DNA of 64,000 nucleotides from Eledone cirrhosa (taxonomy: Eukaryota): contig OZ024760.1 of the NCBI GenBank assembly GCA_964016885.1, positions 8,866,001 to 8,930,000 of the forward strand, read 5' to 3'. Positions 26,139-39,990 of the stretch are shown here, one piece after another; position 1 is the first letter of the stretch, and every line of letters begins with the position of its first letter. Under the pieces are notes generated by a model. It was not told where the DNA came from and made no database searches. It worked only from the letters and a program-made list of their open reading frames with translations. The translations under genes and the position numbers were made by a program.

Positions 26139-26149
26139 CACACACGCTA

Positions 26150-26180
<31 letters not shown>

Positions 26181-26269
26181 CACACACGCTAACACACACA
26201 CTAACACTACCCAGACACAGAAATATACATGTGTATGTATATCTATGTTTCTTTCTATCTATCTAACTA

Positions 26270-26313
<44 letters not shown>

Positions 26314-26325
26314 GTATGTATGTAT

Positions 26326-26384
<59 letters not shown>

Positions 26385-26416
26385 GTATGTATATATATAT
26401 ATATATATATATAATG

Positions 26417-26460
<44 letters not shown>

Positions 26461-26461
26461 G

Positions 26462-26509
<48 letters not shown>

Positions 26510-26510
26510 G

Positions 26511-26552
<42 letters not shown>

Positions 26553-26553
26553 G

Positions 26554-26591
<38 letters not shown>

Positions 26592-26592
26592 G

Positions 26593-26630
<38 letters not shown>

Positions 26631-26645
26631 GTATGTATGTATGGA

Positions 26646-26680
<35 letters not shown>

Positions 26681-27771
26681 CCGTGTAGTATGTATATACA
26701 TAAATATACATATATAAGGACAAATATATTTATGCATGTATGCATATATATATATACATATATATGCATATATGTGTACACCTACGCACGCACACACGCA
26801 CTATATATATATATATATATATATATAGTGCATGTGTGTGTGAGAGCGTGTGTGTGTGTGTCTCTGTATTTGTATTAACACTGTATATTGTATATATTAA
26901 AACTGAATGAAAATTCCAACATACTGCCACAGCAATAACAGCTGGAGTAGCAGTAGTAGTGATAGTGGTGGTAGTGGTGGGAGGTAGTAGTAATAGTGGT
27001 GTGGGTGGGGGGTAATAGTGGGGGGGTAGTGGGGGTAGTGGGGGGTGATGGTTGTGGTGATGGTATTGGTGGTGGTGGTGGTGGTTGAGGTGTTGGTGGT
27101 GGAGGTGGTGGTCGTGGAGCTGGTGGTGGTGGTGTTGGTGGTAGTGGGGTTGGGGGTGGTGGGGTTGGTGGTAGTGGGGCTGGGGGTGGTGGTGGGGTTG
27201 GGGGTGCTGGTGGTGGTCGGGTGGTGATGGTGATGGTTGTGGTGATGGTATTGGTGGTAGTGGTGGTGGTGGTGGTTGAGGTGGTGGTGTTGGTGGTGGA
27301 GTAGGTGGTGGTAGTGGTGGTCGTGGTGGTGATGGTGGCGGTGGTGGTGATGGTTGGGGTGATGGTATTGGTGGTAGTGGTGGTGGTATTGGTGGTAGTG
27401 GTGGTGGTGGTGGTGGTGGTGGTTGAGGTGGTGGTGGTGGTGGTGGTATTGGTGGTAGTGGTGGTGGTGGAGTAGGTGGTGGTAGTGGTGGCGGTGGTGG
27501 TGATGGTGGTGGTAACATATGGTTAAACAACACTGCAGGGGAATGGTACTATCATAACAACAACTACTACAACAACAACATCTACCACTACTACCACTAC
27601 CACTACTGCTACTACTACTACTACAAGCACTGCGACTACAACAACTACTACATTTACAACTACTAAAACAACAGCAACAACAACAACAACAACTACAACA
27701 CCATGTGAAGTACTCACAACTGTATAAACAATAACAGCTGTAACAATTCATTGAGAAAGTACTATTTTTAC

Positions 27772-27819
<48 letters not shown>

Positions 27820-27862
27820 TGTAGTAGTAGTGGTAGTCGTAGTAGTGGTAGTCGTAGTAGTA

Positions 27863-27905
<43 letters not shown>

Positions 27906-27919
27906 TAGTAGTAGTAGTG

Positions 27920-27971
<52 letters not shown>

Positions 27972-28616
27972 TAGTAGTGGTAGTAGTAGTGGTAGTAGCA
28001 GTAGCAGTAGTAGTGGTAGTAGTAGTAGTGGTAGTAGTAGTAGTAGCAGTAGTAGTAGTAGCAGTAGTAGTAGTAGTAGTGGTAGTAGTAGTAGTGGTAG
28101 TAGTAGTAGTGGTAGTAGTAGTAGTGGTAGTAGTAGTAGTAGTAGTGGCATTAGTAGTAGTGGCAGTGGTAGTAGTAGTAGTGGTAGTAGTAGTAGTAGT
28201 CGTCGTAGTAGTAGTAGTGGTAGTAGTAGTAGTAGTAGCAGTAGTAGCAGTAGCAGTAGTAGTGGTAGTAGTAGTAGTGATAGTAGTAGTGGTAGTAGCA
28301 GTAGTAGCACTAGTAGTAGTAGCAGTAGTAGTGGTAGTAGTAGTAGTGGTAGTGGTAGTAGTAGTGGTAGTAGTAGTAGTAGTAGCAGCACTAGTAGTAG
28401 TAGCAGTAGTAGACTTCATGGTATAGACGATCTTTACCCGGACGCTAAGTTGGGGAGGGGTGGTCCTGGATGTCAATGGTAGCAAAGGTGGTTCTTTAAG
28501 ACTGGTGCCCGTCTCTATCCCGACCGCCGGGGCTGGACGACTGGATTTCTTCAGGGGTCTGGAAGCCTTTCCTGGAACGTCGTCTCACCCTATTTTTACT
28601 TATTATTAGATTACTA

Positions 28617-28806
28617 GGCTGGTGGATTGGCAGTATCGGTAGAGGGTCGGACGCCATGCTTTCCAGCATAGTTACGTCCCTTTACGATCTGAGTTCAAAT
28701 CCCGCCGAGGTTGACTTTGCCTTTCATCCTTACGGGGTCGATAAAATAAAATACCAGTAATGCACTGGGTAATTGCTGGCCTTGTGCCTAAAGTAGAAAC
28801 AATTAT
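28617..28806 (+). mobile_element. tRNA-derived SINE
   Basis: Same family as 6589-6782; flanking repeat attattagatta. Confidence 0.9.
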
Positions 28807-29084
28807 TAGATTAGCAGATAGGGATAACTTAGGGTATCCACAATTACAAATGGTAACAAGTGATGTACATGGTCCCCATGGATAGATCTCATTGAGAGAG
28901 AGACACAGTTACTGGGAGTTGAACGCGTCATTCCTGGTCCGCAAAGACCGGATTAACACGTTAGGCACAGTCAAGGAAGCGATTAAAGTAGAATGAAAAC
29001 GCTTGAAAACGGTTAATAAAACTTGAATATAAATTTAATTCCAAAAGAGAAGAAACTGGAACAGTTTTCTCTGTGTTCCTTATA

Positions 29085-29119
29085 CTCTGAAGAAGGGAAT
29101 TTAAGTCCCGAAATATTAG
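29085..29119 (+). ncRNA. Minimal hammerhead-like motif
   Basis: CT-CTGAAGA-A-GGGA(atttaag)TCCC-GAA-ATAT-T-AG. Intact core, short stem I. Confidence 0.55.
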
Positions 29120-29499
29120 GACAAAAGAAACAACAGCAACAAAACAAAGATTACCAGGTAACTAAATGTTTCGTTACCGCCATCTTATCGTCTATTTTGC
29201 ATTGTAACACTTCTCTTATGTAACATTTCTCATTATATAATAGAATCAATAGCTTTTAGTAAAGAAGTAGCAATAGAAAGATATAGAGCAGAGTGGGAGT
29301 TAGTAGCTAAAGCAGAAGAGGTGATTAGGAGTGACATTGTAACTAATGTGTTAGCTGTGATAAAGGCACTGGCCCATTCCTTCAATGTGAACCACGTTGT
29401 CAGAAGTAAAAGCAGGTCGACACCATTACTACTACCATCACCACTATAACAACAAGCACAATACTACCAGCACAAGGATGATTACCATCATATTATTTA

Positions 29500-30145
29500 A
29501 ACATTTTTAGCATTTTAACATTTCACATTTTAATATTTAAACATTTTTAATATTTTAGTATTTCACATTTTTAAATTTCACATTTTAACATTTTAATATT
29601 TCACATTTCAACATTCCAACATTTCACATTTTGATATTCCAACATTTCACATTTTAATATTTCACATTTTGATATTCCAACATTTCACATTTTAATATTT
29701 CACATTTCAACATTCCAACATTTCACATTTTGATATTCCAACATTTCACATTTTAATATTTCACATTTTGATATTCCAACATTTCACATTTTAATATTTC
29801 ACATTTTGATATTCCAACATTTCACATTTTAATATTTCACATTTCAACATTCCAACATTTCACATTTTGATATTCCAACATTTCACATTTTAATATTTCA
29901 CATTTTGATATTCCAACATTTCACATTTTAATATTTCACATTTTGATATTCCAACATTTCACATTTTAATATTTCACATTTCAACATTCCAACATTTCAC
30001 ATTTTGATATTCCAATATTTCACATTTTAATATTTCACATTTTGATATTCCAACATTTCACATTTTAATATTTCACATTTCAACATTCCAACATTTCACA
30101 TTTTGATATTCCAATATTTCACATTTTAATATTTCACATTTTAAC
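29500..30145. repeat. AT-rich satellite built on 7-8-bp units
   Basis: Repeated catttcacattttaatattt / gatattccaa higher-order blocks. Confidence 0.93.
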
Positions 30146-30426
30146 ATGCCAACGTGTATGTACGTGCATACCTGTATATATATGTATGTACGCGTATGTA
30201 TGTATATATGTTTGTATACATGTATGTATGTATGTATACATGTATGTATGTATATATGTATGTAAGTATATGTGTACGTATATATGTACATGTAAGTGTA
30301 TAGGTGTATGTGTGTTTATTTTAAGTTGAGGAAAGAAAAAAAAATGTTTGGGTTAATCAACAGGTGAGACACACCTGGTTATAGGCAAGGTGGGAAAACA
30401 TCAGTATCAGCAGCAACAGCGTTATA

Positions 30427-30535
30427 ATCCCGCCGAGGTTAACTTTGCTTTTCATCCTTACGGGGTCGATAAAATAAAGTACCAGTAATAGACTGGGATA
30501 ATTGCTGGCCTTGTGCCAAAACTAGAAACAATTAT
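30427..30535 (+). mobile_element. 5'-truncated SINE
   Basis: aatcccgccgagg...ggccttgtgccaaaactagaaacaatt. Confidence 0.85.
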
Positions 30536-30578
30536 ATTCCATTCGAATTCCTAAATTACGCGCATGAAATGCTACAGT

Positions 30579-30610
<32 letters not shown>

Positions 30611-30616
<6 letters not shown>

Positions 30617-31050
30617 TAAGAGGAATTCCAACTTTGTCTGATTTACTCGTTTTATTTACAATCCTTTAACATTTATAATGGTATTATAATGAAATAGTAT
30701 GATAGAATATTAAATTCTAAGTGTTAATTGAACAAGTACTTTCATGCTTTCGCAATCTTCAGGTTCATAATGTGTGGTGACAGTCAAGTTTGCAATTTTC
30801 AACAGTTGAAAATTGCAAACTCGACTGTCACCACATATCATGAACCTGAAGATTGCGAAAGCATGAAAGTACTTGTTGAATTAACACTTAGAATTTAATA
30901 TTCTATCATACTATTTCATTATAATACCATTATATATATTTTAAAGGATTGTAAATAAAACGAGTAAATCAGACAAAGTTGGAATTCCTCTTATTAATAT
31001 AATCTTCTATACACAATCATACACACCCGTGTATATTTACCTATCTATAT
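30611..31050. mobile_element. HHR-bearing palindromic element family B (HHRs at 30729-30767 minus and 30841-30879 plus)
   Basis: About 190-bp inverted arms around centre 30804 (ttcaac-a-gttgaa). Each arm has TGAAC-CTGAAGA-T-TGC(GAAA)GCA-T-GAA-AGTACT-T-GTTCA (gttga in the right arm). The right arm has an extra tail; (TA)n flanks. Confidence 0.85.
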
Positions 31051-31065
31051 CTATCTATATATATA

Positions 31066-31119
<54 letters not shown>

Positions 31120-31167
31120 ACATACATATATGTATGTCTGTATTCGTGAGTGAATAATAATATTAAA

Positions 31168-31358
31168 ATAATTATTTCTACTTTTGGCACAAGGCCAGCA
31201 AATACCCAGTATATTACTGGTACTTTATTTTATCGACCCCATGAGGATGAAAGGCAAAGTTAACCTCGGCGGCATTTGAACTCAGTCCGTAAAGGGACAT
31301 AACTCTATGCTGGAAAGCATGGCGTCCGACTCACTACCGATACTGCCAATCCACCGCA
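31168..31358 (-). mobile_element. tRNA-derived SINE
   Basis: Reverse complement of the 6589 family. Confidence 0.9.
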
Positions 31359-31856
31359 TAACGCAAATAATATTGAAACGAAGTCATCAGAAGAACCGGT
31401 GTATACCTTCCACACTTCTGAAACCCACTGAATGCTTTTAATTAAGCCAGATTCATTAGGATAACAACCCAAAAAGGAAAGCAGGGTGCACACTTATACG
31501 TTACAGTTCGATCTTGGAATGGGTTTGGCAGAGTCCCTAGAACGTCGTGTGTTTCTATAAGACCCGGGTCGCTGTGTTTCGAGTTCAAATTCTGACGAAG
31601 TCCTCCATGTCTTCCATTCTTTCAGGGAATATTTCCTCTTCCATATTTTCTCAGTTTTCCAGTCTCCAGCTCAAAGAATTTGGCGGGTAATTTTAAATTG
31701 ACTGCAATGTCATAAATTGACTATTACTTTCCTCTGTCGTATTGGGGTATTGAGTACTCCTTCTTTGTTTTCACAGGCCACGTGTAATCTCTTTCCACAC
31801 TCGGTCACGTGTATGTTTAACTAAAGAACGACAATAGATAATGATAATGATGTTGA

Positions 31857-31938
<82 letters not shown>

Positions 31939-32323
31939 AACGATGATGATGGTGATGATAATGATGTTGATGATGACGACGATGATGATGATGATTAGGA
32001 AGAGGAGGAGGAGGGTGGCGATGATGCTGATCACAATACTACCTACTACCACAACAACAACAACTACTACTACTACTACTACTACCACAACTACTACCAC
32101 CACAACAACTACTACTACTACAACAACAGCAACAACTACTACTACTACTACTACCACAACAACAACTACTACTACCACCACAACAACAACTACTACAACT
32201 ACAACAACTACTACTACTACAACAACAGCAACAACTACTACTACTACTACTACTACTACCACAACAACAACAACAACAACTACTACTACAACTACTACTA
32301 CAACAACTACTACTACTACTACA

Positions 32324-32355
<32 letters not shown>

Positions 32356-32683
32356 CACAACAACAACAACTACTACAACTACTACTACAACTACTACTAA
32401 TAATAATAATAATAATAATAATTGCAATAACAACAACAACACAACTCAGTTGCACTGACTCCGACGCTGCACCGAGAATCTGACATCTGGTGTGATACAC
32501 TTTACTCTGTGACACTAACATCGCACCGTGATTTTATTTTTCCTCCCTCTCCCAACACCCACACACTCATCGAAAGCAGAAGCCTTCTATATGGTCTCCA
32601 GACTTGTTAGAAATAACAACCAAATTCCCTCAAAATCATAGCCTAGCGTGTGTTTTCTTCTCAAAGTGGGGAGGAGATATTAG

Positions 32684-32874
32684 ATAATTGTTTCTACTTT
32701 AGGCACAAGGCCAGCAATTACCCAGTGCATTACTGGTACTTTATTTTATCGACCCCGTAAGGATGAAAGGCAAAGTCAACCTCGGCGGGATTTGAACTCA
32801 GATCGTAAAGGGACGTAACTATGCTGGAAAGCATGGCGTCCGACCCTCCACCGATACTGCCAATCCACCACCGC
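32684..32874 (-). mobile_element. tRNA-derived SINE with 17-bp TSD
   Basis: TSD aggagatattagataat at 32672-32688 and 32875-32891. Confidence 0.92.
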
Positions 32875-33129
32875 AGGAGATATTAGATAATGTAGCGAAA
32901 GATACACCATGTCTGAAGTGAAGATAGGATGGTCATTTCTGGAACGATTATAATCATAGATGAGCTCAATGAGGGTTTAGCTGGGGTGTATGTTTTCTCA
33001 TTGAATTTAAACATGTGACCCGTTAGAGTAGTTTTAGTACTGGCTCCTACCGCATGTGTAATTATCTTTCTCATCTGATCTTTGTTCTCGGGAGTCCGTA
33101 TGTCTTTTAGTAGTCATTATCACCTAGAA

Positions 33130-34017
33130 TGGCAGTATCGGTGGAGGGTCGGACGCCATGCTTTCCAGCATAGTTACGTCCCTTTACGATCTGAGTTCAA
33201 ATCTCGCCGAGGTTGACTTTGCCTTTCATCCTTACGGGGTCGATAAAATAAAGTACCAGTAATACACTGGGTAATTTCTGGCCTTGTGCCAAAAGTAGAA
33301 ACAATTATTTATCGTGAAAGGCAAAGTTAATCCCGCCGAGGTTAACTTTGCCTTTCATCCTTACGGGGTCGATAAAATAAAGTACCAGTAATACACTGAG
33401 TAATTGCTGGCCTTGTGCCAAAAAGTAGAAACAATTATCACCTTTTAACCAGGTTGCCACTTTAGGAAGATGGAGAGGTATAAGAAGTGATCCAATGGTT
33501 CAAAAAGTATAGATCAGAAGGCGTAGTTTTTTTTTTATACAAAAATGACTTATTCCTTTGATGTTTTAAACACGTTAATAGACTTTCCTCTCCCCCAAAA
33601 TTGATGGGCCTGTACCTATAAGAAACCATTATTATCTTCTGAGTTCAAATCCCGCCGAGGTTAACTTTGCCTTTCATCCTTACGGGGTCGATAAAATAAA
33701 GTACCAGTAATACACTGGGTAATTTCTGGCCTTGTGCCTAACGTAGAAACAATTATTTATCGTGAAAGGCAAAGTTAATCCCGCCGAGGTTAACTTTGCC
33801 TTTCATCCTTACGGGGTCGATAAAATAAAGTACCAGTAATACACTGGGTAATTGCTGGCCTTGTGCCAAAAGTAGAAACAATTATTTATGGTGAAAGGCA
33901 AAGTTAATCCCGCCGAGGTTAACTTTGCCTTTCATCCTTACGGGGTCGATAAAATAAACTACCAGTAATACACTGGGTAATTGCTGGCCTTGTGCCAAAA
34001 AGTAGAAACAATTATTT
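33130..34017 (+). mobile_element. SINE cluster: one near-full copy and four 3'-half copies, partly tandem
   Basis: Repeated tcccgccgagg...agtagaaacaattat blocks; three junctions contain an inverted tgaaaggcaaagttaa. Confidence 0.9.
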
Positions 34018-34166
34018 ATCTGATGTAGACTCAATACAGAGCAAACATTCCTCCAATAGTTGAACTGTTTTGAGCCTTCTCAGATGAACTAGACTCAAGT
34101 TTCTAGTCATTTCTTAAATCATGCTATTTGATTATATCACCAGGATGGTAATAACAATGTTCTTGT

Positions 34167-34214
<48 letters not shown>

Positions 34215-34611
34215 TATATATATCTATCTCACACACACACCAAAATGAAAACAAACTGAAAATAAATACATACCGAAATATGTCACAGAAAAAAAAAACA
34301 GAAATAAAATAAAAACATTAAAATAAACTAATAAAAAACATTAAAATCACAGAGACACATTAACACACATTAACAGGGGAAAACAGATAAAAACAGAACC
34401 CTGCGAAAATAAACAGAAAAAAACCCATAAAAGAATCATAGATAAAACAGAAACATACATACACACATATACATACATACACACACACATTTATACACAT
34501 TAACAGAATAAAACAGAATAAATACCGAAAAAATCACAGAAATAGAAAAGAATCAGAAGAAACAGAGAGAGAACGGGAGAGAGGAGAGAGATAGAAAGAG
34601 AGAGAGAGAGG

Positions 34612-34652
<41 letters not shown>

Positions 34653-34802
34653 AATAGCAACAATCACAGAAAAACAGAAATAATACCGAAGACAGGAAAA
34701 TGCCGAAAGTAACATGAAAGACATTCGATCGACTTTTGTGAAATCGGACCGAGGAAACAATGTTTCCATTGGTCTTTCCAATTGCTAGTATTATCTGTCG
34801 AA

Positions 34803-34992
34803 AGGGTGGTGGATTGGTAGTATCGGTAGAGGGTCGGACGCCATGCTTTGATGCATAGAGTTACGGCCCTTTCCAATCTGAGTTCAAATCCCGCCGAGGT
34901 TAACTTTGCCTTTCATCCTTACGGGGTCGATAAAATAAAGTACCAGTAATGTACTGGGTAATTGCTGGCCTTGTGCCAGAAGTAGAAACAGT
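34803..34992 (+). mobile_element. tRNA-derived SINE
   Basis: Same family as 6589. Confidence 0.9.
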
Positions 34993-35037
34993 ATTCTCTG
35001 TCGGTCGCAACACCTGTCAGAAAGAGCAACCTGTAAT

Positions 35038-35141
35038 AAAGGGTCTTACCCAAAAACACAACGCATCGCCCGGCCCGGGAATCGAACTCACAACCTCACG
35101 ATTGTGAATCCAATTCTCTAACCACTCAGCCACGCGCCTTC
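35038..35141 (-). mobile_element. Head of a second tRNA-derived SINE family
   Basis: Minus strand gaaggcgcgtggctgagtggttagag...gtgagttcgattcccgg has A- and B-box-like motifs. Confidence 0.7.
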
Positions 35142-35149
35142 ATAGAAAT

Positions 35150-35625
35150 AACTGTTTCTATTTTAGGCACAAGGCCAGCAATTATCTCAGTACATTACTG
35201 GTACTTTTATTTTATTATTTTATCGACCCCCCGTAAGGATGAAAGGCAAAGTTAACCTCGACGGGATTTGAACTCAGACCGTAAAGGGACGTAACTATGC
35301 TGGAAAGCATGGCGTCTGACCCTCTACCGATACTGCCAATCCACCACCCTAACATGGCGTCCGACCCTCTACCGATACTGCCAATCCACCGCCCTAACAT
35401 GGCGTCCGACCCTCTACCGATACTGCCTAACCACCGCCCTAACATGGCGTCCGACCCTCTACCGATACTGCCAAACCACCGCCCTAACATGGCGTCCGAC
35501 CCTCTACCGATACTGCCTAACCACCGCCCTAACATGGCGTCCGACCCTCTACCGATACTGCCAAACCACCGCCCTAACATGGCGTCCGACACTCTACCGA
35601 TACTGCCTAATCCTCCACCTTCGCC
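35150..35625 (-). mobile_element. SINE with its 45-bp 5' head tandemly amplified (about 7 units)
   Basis: catggcgtccgaccctctaccgatactgccaatccaccgccctaa repeated; flanking direct repeat cgccttcatagaaataac at 35135 and 35622. Confidence 0.9.
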
Positions 35626-35897
35626 TTCATAGAAATAACATTGAAAATACAGCGAAAAAACACAAACAAAAAACAGAGAAAAATCAGGAACAGAAACAAA
35701 AGACGAAAAATAAGAAAAGTGATGGGAAGATTTTTAATAGGGTCTAAAAATTCTAAAGTTTCAGATGTTTTACATATGGCATAATTTGTGCCAAGTGTAA
35801 TCAGTTTTGGGGTTTCGTCTTGAAAAATGTAATTTTTTCTTGTTTTCGCGCGCACGCACATCAATGCACGAACGCATATATATATATATATATATAC

Positions 35898-35937
<40 letters not shown>

Positions 35938-35990
35938 ATACATGTATATATATATATACATATATATGTGTATATATATATATATATATT

Positions 35991-36032
<42 letters not shown>

Positions 36033-36046
36033 GTATATGTATATAT

Positions 36047-36080
<34 letters not shown>

Positions 36081-36096
36081 ATGTATATGTATATAT

Positions 36097-36155
<59 letters not shown>

Positions 36156-36225
36156 CATATATATATATGTATATATGTATATATATATACATATATATGT
36201 ATATATATATATATACATATATATG

Positions 36226-36270
<45 letters not shown>

Positions 36271-36478
36271 GCATATATATATATGCATATATATATATGC
36301 ATTTATATATATGCATTTATATATATGCATATATATATATGCATATATATATATATATATACATATATATATACATATATATATGCATATATATATATAT
36401 ACATATATATACATATACATATAAATATATATACATATATATATATATACATATACATATATATACATATACATATAC

Positions 36479-36510
<32 letters not shown>

Positions 36511-37147
36511 ATATACATATATATATATATACATATACATATATATACATATACATATATATATATATACGCACACACACATATATATACATATACATAT
36601 ATACGCACACACACATATATATGTCTGTGTATATATATGAGTGAGGGCGTATGTACAAACACACGTCTCCCCCCTCTCTATCTAATATGTGTGTGGATTT
36701 GTGTTTATGTGTGTATGTGAGTGTGTGTGTGAGTGTGTGTGTGTGTGTGTTTGCAAGTGTGTGTGTATGTGTGTGTGTGTGTTTGCAAGTGTGTATGTAT
36801 GTGTGTGTGTGTGTGTGTTTGCAAGTGTGTATGTATGTATGTGTGTGTGTTTGCAAGTGTGTATGTATGTGTGTATTTGCAAGTGAGTATGTATGTGTGT
36901 GTGTGTTTGCAAGTGTGTATGTATGTGTGTGTGTGTGTGTGTTTGCAAGTGTTTATGTATGTATGTATGTATGTGTGTTTGCAAGTGTGTATGTATGTAT
37001 GTGTGTGTGTGTTTGCAAGTGTGTATCTGTGTGTGTGTGTGTGTTTGCAAGTGTGTATGTATGTGTGTGTGTGTGTGTGTGTTTGCAAGTGTGTATATAT
37101 GTGTGTGATTGCAAGTGTGTATGTATGTATGTGTGTGTGTGTTTGCA

Positions 37148-37186
<39 letters not shown>

Positions 37187-37228
37187 AAGTGTGTATGTAT
37201 GTATGTATGTGTGTGTGTGTTTGCAATT

Positions 37229-37264
<36 letters not shown>

Positions 37265-37479
37265 AAGTGTGTATGTATGTATGTGTGTGTGTGTGTGCGT
37301 TTGCAAGTGTGTATGTATGTATGTGTGTGTGTGTTTGCAAGTGTGTACGTATGTGTGTGTGTGTGTGTTTGCAAGTATGTATGTATGTGTGTGTGTTTGC
37401 AAGTGTGTATGTATGTGTGTGTGTTTGCAAGTGTGTATGTATGTGTGTGTGTGTGTGTGTGTGTATATGTATGTGTGTG

Positions 37480-37518
<39 letters not shown>

Positions 37519-37648
37519 AAGTGTGTATGTATATATTTTTCGCTTTTTTGTCGCTCACTTATTACAGAGAGAAAAGACAGAATTACAACCATATGGCAAT
37601 AATGAGACAGAGAGGAATATAGTAGGGAAGACAGGGAGACTGACAGAC

Positions 37649-37712
<64 letters not shown>

Positions 37713-37868
37713 TGCCTGACAGACAGACAGACAGACAGAATGAAAGAGAGAGAGGAATATAGTAGTCCACTCAACAAGTGTTTCCCAAGTCCCGTAAGTT
37801 CAGCAGAATTGTTTACAGACATACAGTTAAGCGGTCTTACTCTACTACACAAAACATAACTAAGATCA

Positions 37869-38061
37869 ATAACTGTTTCTACGTTAGGCACAAGGCCAGC
37901 AAATTACCCAGTGCATTACTGGTACTTTATGTTATCGACCCCGTAAGGATGAAAGGCAAAGTTAACCTCGGCGGGATTTGAACTCAGAATGGCAAGGGCC
38001 GTAACTCTATGCGCCAAAGCATGGCGTCCGACCCTCTACCTATACTGCCAATCCACCGCCC
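37869..38061 (-). mobile_element. tRNA-derived SINE
   Basis: Reverse complement of the 6589 family. Confidence 0.9.
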
Positions 38062-38996
38062 TGTTGATAGTGGTGGTGGCGGTGGTGGTGGTTGTGGTTG
38101 AGGTGTTGTTGTTGTTGGTGGTGGTGGCGGTGGCGGTGGTGGTGGAAGTGTTGTTGTTGCTGTTGGTGGTGGTTGTGGTTGAGGTGTTGTTGTTGTTGTT
38201 GTTGGTGGTGGTGGTTGTGATTGTGTTGTTGTAGTGGTGGTGGTAGTGGTGGTTGTGGTCGAGATGTTGTTGTTGGTGGTGGTGGTGGTTGTGATTGTGT
38301 TGTTGTAGTGGTGGTTGATGATGGTGGTGGCGGTGGAAGTGTTGTTGTTGCTTTTGGTGGTGGTGGTGGTTGTGATTGTGTTGTTGTAGTGGTGGTGGTA
38401 GTGGTGGTTGTGGTGTTGTTGTTGGTGGAGGTGGTGGTGGTGGTGGAAGTGTTGCTGTTGCTTGTGGTGGTGGTTGTGATTGTGTTGTTGTAGTGGTGGT
38501 GGTAGTGTTGGTTGTGGTGTTGTTGTTGGTGGAGGTGGAAGTGTTGTTGTTGCTTTTGGTGGTGGTGGTTGTGATTGTGTTGTTGTAGTGGTGATGGTAG
38601 TGGTGGTTGAGGTGTTGTTGTAGTGGTGGTGGTGGTGGTGGTGGTGGAAGTGGTGATAGGTAGGATTACGTTAAGTAAAACTCTTCAATTTTTATTCAGA
38701 TGAAAACCACATTTAGTCATCTCTTATCCACAAACAAGCCAGAAGAAAAACAAAATTATGGTCGCTTCCTTCATCTCTTTCTTTCCTGTTTCTTCTTGGT
38801 GGTGGTGGTGGTGGTAATAGTGATGGGAGTGATGGTGTTGGTGTTGGTTGTAATGGTGTTGGTGGTGAAGATTTCTCGGTAGTGGTGGTGAGGAGTGTTG
38901 TGTTATTGTTTATAGTCCTAGGCAACAGAATTGATCAAAACATTCCAAACCTCGCCCAATATTTTCTTGCCACACATACTCTATGGTTAAGTGGTA

Positions 38997-39990
38997 ACAT
39001 GTAGCACCATGCAATGTCATGTTATGTCATGGTATGCCATGCAGTTACATGTAGTATCATGTAGTGCATGCAGCACCATGTAATAAAATGCAATGTCATG
39101 TTATGTCATGCAGTGTCATGTAGTGTCATGTAATACCATGTAGCATCATGTAATACCATGTAGTGCCATGTAATACCATACAATGTCATGTTATGTCATA
39201 CAGTGCCATGTAGTGTCATGTAATACCATGTAGCATCATGTAATACCATGTAGTGCCATGTAATACCATGTAGTATCATGTAGCACTATGTAGCACCATG
39301 TAATACCATGCAATGTCATGTTATGTCATGGTATTCCATGCAGTGACATGTAGTATCATGTAGTGCCATGCAGCACCATGTAATAAAATGCAATGTCATG
39401 TTATGTCATGCAGTATCATGTGGCACTATGTAATACCATGTAGCATCATGTAATACCATGTAGTGCCATGTAATACCATGCAATGTCATGTCATGTCATA
39501 CAGTACCATGTAGTGTCATGTAATACCATGTAGCATCATGCAATACCATGTAGTGCCATGTAATACCATGCAATGTTATGTTATGTCGTACAGTGCCACG
39601 TAGTGTCATGTAATATGTAGCATCATGTAATACCATGTAGTGCCATGTAATACCATGCAATGTCATGTTATGTCATACAGTGCCATGTAGCATCATGTAA
39701 TACCACGTAGTGCCATGTAATATCATGCAACGTCGTGTTATGTCATGCAGTGTCACGTAGTGTCATGTAATACCATGTAGCATCATGCAATACCATGTAG
39801 CATCATGTAATACCATGTAGTACCATGTAATATCATGCAATGTCGTGTTATGTCATGCAGTGCCATGTAGTACGATGTAGCGCCATGTAGTGTCATTTTG
39901 TGACATGACATGTCACGTGGTACCCTGTAGTGTCAGGTGGTACCATGAAGTGTCACGAGGCACCCAGCAGTGTCATATGGTACCATGAAG
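38997..39990. repeat. 10-bp-period CATG satellite
   Basis: catgtaatac / catgtagtgc / catgcaatgt units in register. Confidence 0.93.

Noticed and set aside
28900-28970. tRNA-like sequence on the minus strand
   Set aside because: No complete cloverleaf; more likely a decayed SINE head than a tRNA gene.
35607-37762. Many YI/CV/HT-repeat ORFs here and across the window
   Set aside because: They are translations of (TA)n, (TG)n and (TATG)n microsatellites.
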